A stretch of 64,000 nt of DNA from Elusimicrobiota bacterium (lineage in GTDB: Bacteria > Elusimicrobiota > Elusimicrobia > F11), in NCBI GenBank assembly GCA_044221725.1, contig JBGAON010000001.1, positions 128,001-192,000 of the forward strand. The letters are read 5' to 3'. The notes under the pieces were generated by a model. It was not told the origin of the DNA. It made no database searches and saw nothing but the letters and a program-made list of their open reading frames with translations. Both the position numbers and the translations under genes were made by a program. Below, piece by piece: positions 9,265-17,712 of the stretch; position 1 is the stretch's first letter; each line of letters begins with the position of its first letter.

Positions 9265-10053
9265 CTAAAACGCCTCGTATTGCGGCTTCTCAAGCGCGTC
9301 TTTAAGCGTCTTCGCCGCCAGGAAGGCCCGGAAACTCAAGGCCAGATCAGCCACAGTCTTCACTTCGAATTCATAAGGCGGTTTTTTCCCGAGCCGGAGA
9401 ATGAGCGCTTGGTCACAGGTGATTCCGTAGGTTTCCGAGAGGGCCTGGGAATATGCCGCCACTTGCAAGGCAAATTCCGGCCAGCATCCCGACGAGGTTT
9501 TCAGATCAATCAAGACGTATTTGCCGTTTCGAAATCCCAGCGCGTCCAGAGATCCGGCGTATTGATAGACCAGGCTCGCCACCTTGGTGTCGCCCAGCAC
9601 AATTTCGATGCCGGAATGTTTCCACCAGGCAAGAAACGCCTCGACGGGTGCTTTGATCTCGTCCGGGATCGCGTCGTGCTTCTGGCCTTTCACGATTTGA
9701 TCAACGGTGGAGTGAACTCGGGTTCCAAGATCGGCGGCGGCGTCTTTGATTTGATCCGGCTTCTTTCTCGCGCTGGCGATGACGCTTTGGATCCACGACT
9801 TGTCCAGCGTGATTTGCGCGGAGTCTTGGCCGTTCAGCTGTTTAAGAAGCTCTCCTTCGACGGAAACCACCGCTTCTCTTGCGGCCCAGTTAACAAGCGC
9901 GGGTTTTGCAATGACGCCCAAATAACCGGTGACGCTTTCAAGTCGGTGCACGACTCCTTCTTTCTCAGCTCGATAAATGTGTTTCCGGCCTTCGATGGTC
10001 ATCGTGATGGGGAATATCGGCGTCAACATGGGCGGACGAGAGGAGAGACGCAT
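9265..10053 (-). CDS. PD-(D/E)XK nuclease (phage exonuclease-like)
   Basis: SVT...GTRVH...YAGSLD...LIDLKTS...LQVAAY. Confidence 0.85.
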   Translation of the reverse strand: MRLSSRPPMLTPIFPITMTIEGRKHIYRAEKEGVVHRLESVTGYLGVIAKPALVNWAAREAVVSVEGELLKQLNGQDSAQITLDKSWIQSVIASARKKPDQIKDAAADLGTRVHSTVDQIVKGQKHDAIPDEIKAPVEAFLAWWKHSGIEIVLGDTKVASLVYQYAGSLDALGFRNGKYVLIDLKTSSGCWPEFALQVAAYSQALSETYGITCDQALILRLGKKPPYEFEVKTVADLALSFRAFLAAKTLKDALEKPQYEAF

Positions 10054-10368
10054 TTACGCCCCCGTTGACCCGACATCGGATGGAGATTTCATCGCTTTGG
10101 TGAGAAGGCGCTCCACGCGAAATCCTTCCTCTCCGAACTCTCTAGAAACGGTCGCCGTGAAGAGCTGAGCGAGGTGTTTCCCAACGTCGGTTGATTTGTC
10201 GATGATCACGATCCTCTGATGACGGTCGAAGCAAAAAGAACTGTCCAAGCGGAACCGCGCCTTCCCGAAAATGCTTTCGGTATTGAAGGCCGACCAAAAA
10301 AGGCACTCCTCGATCTCTTTGACCGGAGTGCTCTCTCGAAAGATGAATTTGTAAACGCCGTTATCCAT
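10054..10368 (-). CDS. Phage hypothetical protein
   Basis: 104-aa ORF tightly packed in the operon. Confidence 0.7.
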   Translation of the reverse strand: MDNGVYKFIFRESTPVKEIEECLFWSAFNTESIFGKARFRLDSSFCFDRHQRIVIIDKSTDVGKHLAQLFTATVSREFGEEGFRVERLLTKAMKSPSDVGSTGA

Positions 10369-10376
10369 AAGGGGTC

Positions 10377-11007
10377 CTACTTATCCTCTATCCCTTTCGC
10401 GGAAAAATTTTCCGGTTGGCTGGGGGCAGACGGAAAATAATCTTTCAATCTCTCATCTTCCGCGAGGATCCGGCCCATGCGATGGAATTCAGCCTGCAGG
10501 GTGGTTCGGGGCTTTTTTATGAGGCGGCTGATTTCGATGGGCGAATAGCCCGCAATAATTAAGGAACCGATCTCGCGCTGTTCCTTGTTAAGCCGGCGGA
10601 ACATACGTTCGGCGTCATAAAGGAAGTCGGTGTCGGAGAAGGGGCAGGTTGGGCGTCCGCCTAAGCGGCTCGATTCCGAGATGCTTTCGGAGAGTGGCTG
10701 GCGATCTCCATCCTGGTTTTGGATCTCCTGATCCAATGACATGGTTACACACCCGCGACCGCGTTTCAGTGCATCGCGGAGTCTCATCAATTGGAGGATG
10801 GCTTTGTCGAGGATGAAACTTAGGAACTTCTCCTGAGAAGCGCTCGATGCGTGGTCGGGCCGATAGAGCCCGCGCCTTTCAACGATGAAAATTAAAAGTT
10901 GTTGTTCCATGTCTTGGCCATCCTCCTTTGTCAGCCGGAATTTTCGTTTCGCCGCCTCACTCTTTTTTTTTCGCCATCCTCAGTTCCATCTCCGTCAGTT
11001 CTTTCAC
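10377..11007 (-). CDS. Sigma-70/ECF-like protein, 5' part frameshifted at an A9 tract
   Basis: Region 2-like QDMEQQLL...FLSFILDK and region 4-like LNKEQREI...GYSPIEISRL. GTG at 11007 with AGGAGG SD stops at 10957 unless one A of 10963-10971 is skipped; an internal ATG at 10910 gives 177 aa. Confidence 0.65.
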
Positions 11008-11046
11008 GGTTATTCCTCCTGTGGTTTGATTTGTGCCGGTCGGGAC

Positions 11047-11101
11047 AAAAAAATAGGGGCTGCTGGCATCTCGAGAATTTCTCGAGGTTGCCAACAGCCC
11101 C
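11047..11101 (-). terminator. Long hairpin plus U-tract upstream of the sigma-like gene
   Basis: GGGGCTG/CAGCCCC, TGGCA/TGCCA and CTCGAGA/TCTCGAG stems followed by TATTTTTTT on the minus strand. Confidence 0.65.
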
Positions 11102-11161
11102 CGTCTTTCGGTCGGCCGTCGGTCACTAAAAAATGTGATGAGAATTATTTTTTGATTGGCT

Positions 11162-11506
11162 TTATTTTGGGATGCTCCTTTGCTTCTGTCTTTCGCAAAT
11201 GCGAATGGGAGTTCGGTTTTGAACGCAGATCTTCGATAGAGTGATCGTCTTTCCCTTGCAGTAAGTCATCAACCGGTGCCATTCCGGCGAAATCGGATGA
11301 CTGGCGTCAAACGGTGAATTGGATTTGCTTAGGTTCTCGATGAGGCAAGAAGTTTCCATGTCGAAAACCGGTCGAGGCAAGCCAGCTACGATCTCAAGGC
11401 CCAGAATTTCTCCAAAGTAAAGTTGATGGGAAGCTCGGATAACCACCTGCCATTCCGAAGGGAGATCATTAATAAGGACAGGACGGGCGGTTGGGGAGGG
11501 GATCAT
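11162..11506 (-). CDS. Phage hypothetical protein
   Basis: 114-aa ORF co-oriented directly after the Cro-like gene. Confidence 0.65.
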   Translation of the reverse strand: MIPSPTARPVLINDLPSEWQVVIRASHQLYFGEILGLEIVAGLPRPVFDMETSCLIENLSKSNSPFDASHPISPEWHRLMTYCKGKTITLSKICVQNRTPIRICERQKQRSIPK

Positions 11507-11514
11507 GATGGGTG

Positions 11515-11757
11515 TTACCGCCCCGTGATCACAAAGAGGTCGTCAAATTGAAAAAATGGATGGCCTTCGATTTTCTGGGTTGCGTTCAATGCGGCTAGGA
11601 TTCGGGTTCGCACTTCTGGAGAGGGCATTCTTTTTCGCGTCATCAATTGCGACATGTAAGGACTGCTGATGTGCGCTCGGCGGGCGAAGGAGTTATAGGA
11701 TAAGTTCTTTTTCGCCAGGAGCCGTTTCAGGGTTAGGGTTTTAAGTCGAACGGTCAC
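11515..11757 (-). CDS. Cro-like XRE HTH regulator
   Basis: LSYNSFARRAHISSPYMSQLMTRKRMPS; AGGAGG SD; divergent from the repressor. Confidence 0.82.
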   Translation of the reverse strand: MTVRLKTLTLKRLLAKKNLSYNSFARRAHISSPYMSQLMTRKRMPSPEVRTRILAALNATQKIEGHPFFQFDDLFVITGR

Positions 11758-11778
11758 GAAATCCTCCTGTCAATAACA

Positions 11779-11864
11779 TGCTATCTTCTGATAGCAAACC
11801 TTATAGCACAGGAAAACAAGCGTTGTAAAGGCGTTTGATAATTATCTGCTTGCAACAGATAGCA
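11779..11864. promoter_or_regulatory. Two 18-bp operator-like palindromes in the CI/Cro switch
   Basis: TGCTATCTTCTGATAGCA (11779-11796) and TGCTTGCAACAGATAGCA (11847-11864). Confidence 0.6.
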
Positions 11865-11885
11865 AGACTTTATTAGACTCCCTTC

Positions 11886-12386
11886 ATGACAACACGAAAG
11901 ATTGACGAAAAACCAGGTTTACAGGACCGGCGGACAAAAACGGTGCCCCCATCAGAAAGAGGGCCTCGTGCCTACTTGCGGGATGAAAAAAGAAAGGGCC
12001 CAAAAGAAAGACGGGCTCATCCGCGCCCTCATCCAAGCAACTTGGCCGGTTTCCTTAAAAGATTGAGGATGGAACGGGGATTTACTCTGCGACAAGCCGG
12101 TAGCGAGATGGGAATCAACGATGCGTATCTTTGGCAACTTGAAAACGGAAAACGAGAAATACCTCGTCCAGACACCCTGGAGAAGTTGGCGAATGGCTAT
12201 GGCATTCCCCATGATTATCTTTTGCGAATGGTGGGGTACCTAAAAAATCAGGACGCCTATTTCAAAGGCATCGATGAGATGCAGACTTCATACCTCTTTC
12301 GTGATTATCAAAAGTTGTCTAATGAAGGTAAGAAGAAGCTGGAAAGTTTTTTGCGATTCCTACAAAAGGAAGACAAAAAAGAGTGA
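11886..12386 (+). CDS. CI-like XRE HTH repressor
   Basis: LKRLRMERGFTLRQAG...YLWQLENGKREIP; no S24 peptidase domain visible. Confidence 0.85.
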   Translation: MTTRKIDEKPGLQDRRTKTVPPSERGPRAYLRDEKRKGPKERRAHPRPHPSNLAGFLKRLRMERGFTLRQAGSEMGINDAYLWQLENGKREIPRPDTLEKLANGYGIPHDYLLRMVGYLKNQDAYFKGIDEMQTSYLFRDYQKLSNEGKKKLESFLRFLQKEDKKE

Positions 12387-12496
12387 ACCCGCTTCAACGA
12401 CATTTCCTCTCCCTGCTCTGCTGGTAGTTCCTTCCGACCGGAAAATTTTTCCACGAAATGGATAGATCATAAGTAAGAGCCTTCGCGCTCCTACTT

Positions 12497-12679
12497 ATGG
12501 GAACTTCATACCGCCGTATTGATCCGGGGAACATGACCCCGCAAGAACGCTTAAACCGAATCGTGGAATTGTTGGCGGCAGCCTCCGTCCGCCTTGCCGA
12601 AGATGAGATGGGATTAAAGCCCACTGAACCAGTCTCCGATTTGAAACCCGATAGTGTTCTCCAAGCGGAATCCGCTTGA
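12497..12679 (+). CDS. Small hypothetical protein upstream of the recombinase
   Basis: 60 aa with amphipathic MTPQERLNRIVELLAAASVRL; co-oriented with the integrase. Confidence 0.55.
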   Translation: MGTSYRRIDPGNMTPQERLNRIVELLAAASVRLAEDEMGLKPTEPVSDLKPDSVLQAESA

Positions 12680-12732
12680 TCTCCTTGCCAGAAGGAAGGT
12701 AGTCCTATCAAGGGAGCGCTACTGGAGAACCT

Positions 12733-14361
12733 ATGAAAAGCCCTGTTGAACAAAAACCCACCACCTTGTTGTGCGCGGTTTACACGCGTAAATCCACCGA
12801 CGAGAATCTGAATACGGGTTTTACCTCGCTTGATTCGCAGCGCGAGTACTGTCAGGCATTTGTTAAAAGTCGGGAAGGCGAAGGTTGGCGCGTCCACGCC
12901 GAGGAATACAACGATCCGGGATTCTCAGGCGGCAATATGAACCGCCCAGGTTTAAGAAAACTTCTCGCCGATGCTCGCGCCAGAAAATTTCAGGTCGTAG
13001 TTTGCTACAAGTACGATCGGCTAAGTCGCAACACAAAAGATTTTCTTCAAATCCTCGAAGTTTTTGACCGAAGCGGCGTCGCCTTTGTTTCGGTCACCCA
13101 ACCCATCGATACCACCTCTTCCGTCGGAAGATTGATGAGAAGCATCCTTATGGATTTTTCGCAATTCGAGCGCGAGATGATTGCGGAGCGCACCAGAGAC
13201 AAACTTCACGCCATGGCTCAAAAAGGAAAACGCACGGGCGGCTGGCCCGTCATCGGCTACAACATCGATAGCGAAAACCGGAAGTTATCGGTCAACGCCG
13301 AAGAAGGGCTGTGTGTGCGGGAGATGTTTGAAGCCTATCTTCGGACGTTGTCCTTAAGCCAAGCGGCTCAATATTTGAATGAGAAGGGCTATCGGATGAA
13401 GGAATGGATCACCCACAGCAAGAAGCGTCGGGGAGGGCAAAAATTCAACAAGGCCAGCCTGTGGTATCTTCTGCAGAATCCGCTTTATGTCGGGAAGATA
13501 ACGCACCGTCGGCAGGTTCTGCCCGGCGAGCATGAGGCCATTATTTCGCAGGAGATTTTTGACGCCGCGCAAAAGGCTCTTCGCGCCAACGGCAATGGAA
13601 CGAAGAACAAACACGTCCAAGAACGGAAGCGCGATTTTCTTTTGCGCGGACTGATGGAATGCGCCACCTGCAAGACCTCGATGACGCCGAGCTCGGCATT
13701 ACCGAGGAGCAGGCGGGGCGTATCCTATGAGCGCTTCTACTATTACAAATGCCTGTCGGTCGTGAAGATGAATAAATCGGCCTGCAAGATCAGACATGTG
13801 TCGGCGAAATCAATAGAGGAATATGTCGTCAAACGATTGGAATTGCTGAGCGAAAATCAGGAGATTGTGGAACAGATCGTGGCTGAGGCCCAGTCGACAA
13901 CCAGTCAGGAGCTTCCGATTAAGCGGGATGAAAGAAAACGGCTGGCCGCGGAACTGGGAAAACTCGAACTGCAAGCCAAGAGCCTCGTCATGGTCCTCGC
14001 TGATGAAGGGCCAACTTCGTCTATGCGATCTTATGTGAGAGACCAATTGGCCGAGATCGAGGCAAAGAAACAGGAGAGCGGCCCGCGGGTTGCCTCACTT
14101 GATCTTGAAATCGAACGGTTGGAAAAGCGCCAGATCGACGCTAACGTCGTGCGTCGGAATCTTGGCAACTTCCTCAAACTCTTCGCAAAAATGTCCGGCG
14201 ACGAGCGGCAGGAAATGATGGGGCTGCTGGTGGGTCGTGTGATCTACGACGGAGAAAAGTCTCGGGTTCGCATCGCCCTCCGCCCCCTGCCTGAAGCCTG
14301 GGGCGACCTAGATTACCTGGAAGGCGTTTTCTACGACCGTCAAACATCTCTGCCGGACTAG
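12733..14361 (+). CDS. Large serine recombinase (integrase)
   Basis: YTRKS catalytic Ser, DPGFSGG..RPGL, DRLSR; recombinase domain; CATC...YYYKC...C Zn ribbon; coiled coil. Confidence 0.95.
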   Translation: MKSPVEQKPTTLLCAVYTRKSTDENLNTGFTSLDSQREYCQAFVKSREGEGWRVHAEEYNDPGFSGGNMNRPGLRKLLADARARKFQVVVCYKYDRLSRNTKDFLQILEVFDRSGVAFVSVTQPIDTTSSVGRLMRSILMDFSQFEREMIAERTRDKLHAMAQKGKRTGGWPVIGYNIDSENRKLSVNAEEGLCVREMFEAYLRTLSLSQAAQYLNEKGYRMKEWITHSKKRRGGQKFNKASLWYLLQNPLYVGKITHRRQVLPGEHEAIISQEIFDAAQKALRANGNGTKNKHVQERKRDFLLRGLMECATCKTSMTPSSALPRSRRGVSYERFYYYKCLSVVKMNKSACKIRHVSAKSIEEYVVKRLELLSENQEIVEQIVAEAQSTTSQELPIKRDERKRLAAELGKLELQAKSLVMVLADEGPTSSMRSYVRDQLAEIEAKKQESGPRVASLDLEIERLEKRQIDANVVRRNLGNFLKLFAKMSGDERQEMMGLLVGRVIYDGEKSRVRIALRPLPEAWGDLDYLEGVFYDRQTSLPD

Positions 14362-14420
14362 GATTCGAACCTAGACGAGCAGATTCAGAGTCTGCCATCC
14401 TACCATTAGATGATCCGGCA
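14350..14420 (-). tRNA. tRNA-Gln(CTG), CCA not encoded
   Basis: Acceptor stem TGCCGGA/TCCGGCA plus G73; anticodon arm GCAGA-CTCTGAA-TCTGC; T-arm CTAGG-TTCGAAT-CCTAG. Confidence 0.96.
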
Positions 14421-14476
14421 AAAGTGGGACGGGTATGATTATAAATGATCGTGATATACTCTGACACCGAAATCCC

Positions 14477-15271
14477 ATGGCCACGAGTCAAAAACTTCTT
14501 ACGCTGTTGCAAGAGCGGATCTGCGAACGGCTGAAAATCTCCGATTTTCATTACGTGGAAATTGAATCGAAAAAGCGTGTGTTGCCGCGGCAGGCCAAAG
14601 ATCTAAAAAAATATCTGTACAAGAAAAAGAAGGTTGAGCACGATAAGAGCAGTCTGGCGCTCGACCAATTTCTGGACACACCGAACATGGATCTGTTTCG
14701 GTTGGGCGCGAGCCTTCGCTTGCGCTATAAGAAAAACGCAACGCAAGTGTATCTGCAATACAAAGGGCCCGGTTTTAAAGAGCAAGGGCTTCTCTATCGC
14801 TCCGAGTTTTCAACCAAGTCTCTCCAACACTTATCGCTCGAAGAAAGCCATCACGACATTATTCAGTTCACGAAAACGCCGATCAAAAGTATTTTGCGCC
14901 GGAATCTGGGGTCTGACATGGGACGCGCTATGCGCACGCATCTCGGCAGCGACGTGATGAACCATATTTCGGTGAGCCCGATCATCTGCGTGTATCAGAA
15001 GGAAAAATTCAAAGTGGAATTGGGGTCCGCCTTTCTTGAGCCATCGCTCGACCGCATTCTGGCGTTTCACATCAACAAAGATGGTCTGCATCCGCTCTCG
15101 ACATTTTGGGAATACGAAAACGAAGTGAAAACCGATGGGAAATCTCTGAGCGGAAAAATCTTACACGTGCCAGATCTGCTCGAGTTCGACGAAAAGTTAT
15201 GCGAAAGGTTCGATTTAAAACCCGAGCCGCTCGATAAGTATCACCGGTGCTCGTCGATCTTTATGTCTTGA
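14477..15271 (+). CDS. CYTH/triphosphate tunnel metalloenzyme
   Basis: EIESK (ExExK), DQFLDTP...SLRLR, YKGP, EYENEVK, DKY. Confidence 0.78.
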   Translation: MATSQKLLTLLQERICERLKISDFHYVEIESKKRVLPRQAKDLKKYLYKKKKVEHDKSSLALDQFLDTPNMDLFRLGASLRLRYKKNATQVYLQYKGPGFKEQGLLYRSEFSTKSLQHLSLEESHHDIIQFTKTPIKSILRRNLGSDMGRAMRTHLGSDVMNHISVSPIICVYQKEKFKVELGSAFLEPSLDRILAFHINKDGLHPLSTFWEYENEVKTDGKSLSGKILHVPDLLEFDEKLCERFDLKPEPLDKYHRCSSIFMS

Positions 15272-15273
15272 TG

Positions 15274-15353
15274 GTCATCCTGGGAAGTCGTTAGCCAGGA
15301 TCCATGTTAACCGTTGGCAAAGTGGGCCCTGGATAGAGACATTCCAGGGCGAC
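15274..15353. repeat. REP-like palindromic repeat, copy 1
   Basis: GTCATCCTGG...CCAGGATCCA...TGGGCCCTGGATAGAGACATTCCAGGGCGAC between convergent stop codons. Confidence 0.85.
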
Positions 15354-15356
15354 GGC

Positions 15357-17498
15357 TTACGGCCTTCCCGCCAAAATTGTGCCTTTGTACCGATTCCGCG
15401 CCAACTCCTCGAACAGGAATTGAGAGCGAATCACTTTTGCGTTCGCGGATGGCGTAATTCGTTCGTACGTGCCGTCCGGTTTTAGAGTCCAGGCCCGTTC
15501 GTTGTCGGCCAAGCTGTTTGCGAGCACGACTTCACGTATGTATTTTTTAAGCACCGGGTCTTTCACGGGGAACGCCACCTCGTACCGCGCGTAAAAATTG
15601 CGCGGCATCCAATCGGCGCTCGAAAGAAAAATCTTTTTCGCTCCGTCGGCGCGGAAATAATAAACGCGGCTGTGCTCCAGGAAACGGTCGACGACACTGA
15701 TAACTTTAATGTTCTCACTGAGCTCTTTGACGCCGGGTCGAAGGCAACAGATCCCGCGAACGAGCAGTTCCACTTTTACGCCGGCCATAGATGCTTGATA
15801 CAACGCTTCGATCACCGCCGGATCCACGAGCGAATTCATCTTCGCGATAATGTGGCCCTTGCCGCCGCGTTTTTGGATTTCGGTCTCTTCTCGGATCAGT
15901 TTTAGAAACCGGGGTTGAAGTTGATCCGGTGCCGCCATGATTTCTTTTAAATCTATTTTCGTTTGGTGCGCGGCCATCGCTTGGAACATCGTGCGGATTT
16001 CTTTGCCCAGCTCCGCGTCGCACGTGAGCAACCCCAAATCGGTGTATTGGCGCGCCGTTCCCGGATGGTAATTGCCGGTTCCCAAATGCAGATAAGAAAC
16101 ATCCATGCCTTTTTCTTGGCGCCAGACTTGGGTTAGCTTGCAGTGGACTTTGTAACCGGTGAGCGCACGAATCACTTTTACACCGGCTTTCCGCAATTCC
16201 TCGGCCCACTTCACGTTGTTTAACTCGTCGAAGCGCGCTTTGATTTCGATGTAAGCGGTGACTTTCTTTCCATTTTTCGCGCCCTCTTTGAGCGCTTCCA
16301 TAATGGGCGATTCGGCGCTTGTCCGGTACATTGTTTGCGCGATGTGCGTCACGTGGGGATCTTTGGCTGCGGTCTGCAGAAACTGCACGATTGTGTCGAA
16401 CGAATCGTAAGGATGATGCAGCAGAATGTCACGCGCGCGAATTGCTTCGAACATCTGCTGTTTCTGAAACATGGGTGGGATTTCGGGTTTGATGGGCGGG
16501 TAACGAAGGTGCGCGAGCGATTCAATGTTGTACAGCCGCGCCAACGTTCGCAAATCAAGCGGCAAGTCGAATCGGTACAGGGACGCGGAATCGAGCCGCA
16601 ACGACGACGCGAGAAACAACGCGCCTTCCGAATAGTGCGGAGCATCCACCTCAAGCCGTACCACGCGGGCGCGGCCGCGGCCTTGCACGGCTTCGACAAT
16701 CTGTTCTTCGAGCGAGTCTTCATCATCGGGACGGTAGCGCAGGTCGGCATCGCGAATGATTTTGAATGGAAACGCTTCGATTACCTCGTGGTTCGGAAAA
16801 AGTTGCCGGGCGCGGGCCGCAATCCAGCGTTCCAAAAGTGCGTAGCGCAGAGGTTCGTTGGCTCCGCTCAGTTGCAAAAGGCGTGCCGACCGGTCATCAA
16901 GCGCGATGATGGCGTTCGAGTCCGGAAATCGCACGAACACGTGCAGCCGGTCGCTCAAAAGCGGAGGCAACGGCTCGCTGTTGCGGCGAATCACGAATTT
17001 TAAATCCGGCAGATTTTTTTGAATTTCGGCATCGAGCGCGGGATCCTCGGGAAATTCCGAGTGGATCGTGATGCCTTCTTTGGCAAGCACCGTGAACAAA
17101 TCTTTCAGCACAACCGCTTGCCGCGCCTTTTGGTTTAACACATGATTTCGAATCTGTGACAACAAGCGCTGCGCCGAAAAGTTATCGACGTGAGAGTGCG
17201 AGCGTTGTTGGTGTGACCGGCGAACCACCTCGGCGACGCGCACCATAAAGAACTCGTCGAGATTTGAACTTACTATCGCCGCGAAGCGCAGTCTTTCCAG
17301 TGGAGGAACGGTCGGATTGGCTGCTTCGCTGAGCACACGGTCATTGAACGAAAGCCAGCTGAGTTCACGGTTGAATCGCCGCCCGGGTTTGTGCAACGGA
17401 GCGGGCAGATTTTCTTTCTGCGGAGCCCCATTGGCTTTTAAATGCTCGGAAAATGGTCTCCAAATTTGGTTCGGATTCTCGGGTTTCGGTGTTGTCAT
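15357..17498 (-). CDS. ppk1: Polyphosphate kinase 1
   Basis: NRELSWLSFNDRVL, SNLDEFFMVRV, LLHHPYDSF, KVHCK, RFLEHSR. Confidence 0.97.
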   Translation of the reverse strand: MTTPKPENPNQIWRPFSEHLKANGAPQKENLPAPLHKPGRRFNRELSWLSFNDRVLSEAANPTVPPLERLRFAAIVSSNLDEFFMVRVAEVVRRSHQQRSHSHVDNFSAQRLLSQIRNHVLNQKARQAVVLKDLFTVLAKEGITIHSEFPEDPALDAEIQKNLPDLKFVIRRNSEPLPPLLSDRLHVFVRFPDSNAIIALDDRSARLLQLSGANEPLRYALLERWIAARARQLFPNHEVIEAFPFKIIRDADLRYRPDDEDSLEEQIVEAVQGRGRARVVRLEVDAPHYSEGALFLASSLRLDSASLYRFDLPLDLRTLARLYNIESLAHLRYPPIKPEIPPMFQKQQMFEAIRARDILLHHPYDSFDTIVQFLQTAAKDPHVTHIAQTMYRTSAESPIMEALKEGAKNGKKVTAYIEIKARFDELNNVKWAEELRKAGVKVIRALTGYKVHCKLTQVWRQEKGMDVSYLHLGTGNYHPGTARQYTDLGLLTCDAELGKEIRTMFQAMAAHQTKIDLKEIMAAPDQLQPRFLKLIREETEIQKRGGKGHIIAKMNSLVDPAVIEALYQASMAGVKVELLVRGICCLRPGVKELSENIKVISVVDRFLEHSRVYYFRADGAKKIFLSSADWMPRNFYARYEVAFPVKDPVLKKYIREVVLANSLADNERAWTLKPDGTYERITPSANAKVIRSQFLFEELARNRYKGTILAGRP

Positions 17499-17563
17499 AA
17501 AGATTGGAAATGGAAACTTGCAAAATCTCGTCGGCAAAGTAAACGACGGCCATGTAAAAAGCT

Positions 17564-17643
17564 GTCATCCCGGCACGTCTTTGGCCAGGATCCAATTTTA
17601 CCTCAGTCAAAGTGGACCCTGGATAGAGACATTCCAGGATGAC
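17564..17643. repeat. REP-like palindromic repeat, copy 2
   Basis: 80 bp, same layout as copy 1, in the ppk1/phoB divergent region. Confidence 0.85.
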
Positions 17644-17651
17644 GACGTTTT

Positions 17652-17706
17652 CTGTCATACGACTGTCATTTGCCTGACATGCGCTGTCAATGTGAATTGA
17701 TATAAC
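17652..17706 (+). promoter_or_regulatory. Pho-box array plus -10 of phoB
   Basis: CTGTCAT (17652), CTGTCAT (17663), CTGACAT (17674), CTGTCAA (17684), then TGaTATAAC. Confidence 0.82.
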
Positions 17707-17712
17707 GTCGGC

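Larger units (their letters stand above)
1..14361. mobile_element. Prophage (right arm; continues beyond left edge), probably integrated at the 3' end of tRNA-Gln
   Basis: Contiguous terminase, replication, recombination, CI/Cro and serine recombinase genes ending inside a tRNA; housekeeping genes start right after. Confidence 0.92.

Noticed and set aside
8881..10068. 395-aa plus-strand ORF
   Set aside because: Antisense to the HNH and nuclease genes, which carry clear motifs.
12394..12897. 167-aa minus-strand ORF
   Set aside because: Antisense to the integrase start and the 60-aa ORF; no motifs.
14174..14551. 125-aa ORF across the tRNA
   Set aside because: It is a translation of the tRNA and its flanks.
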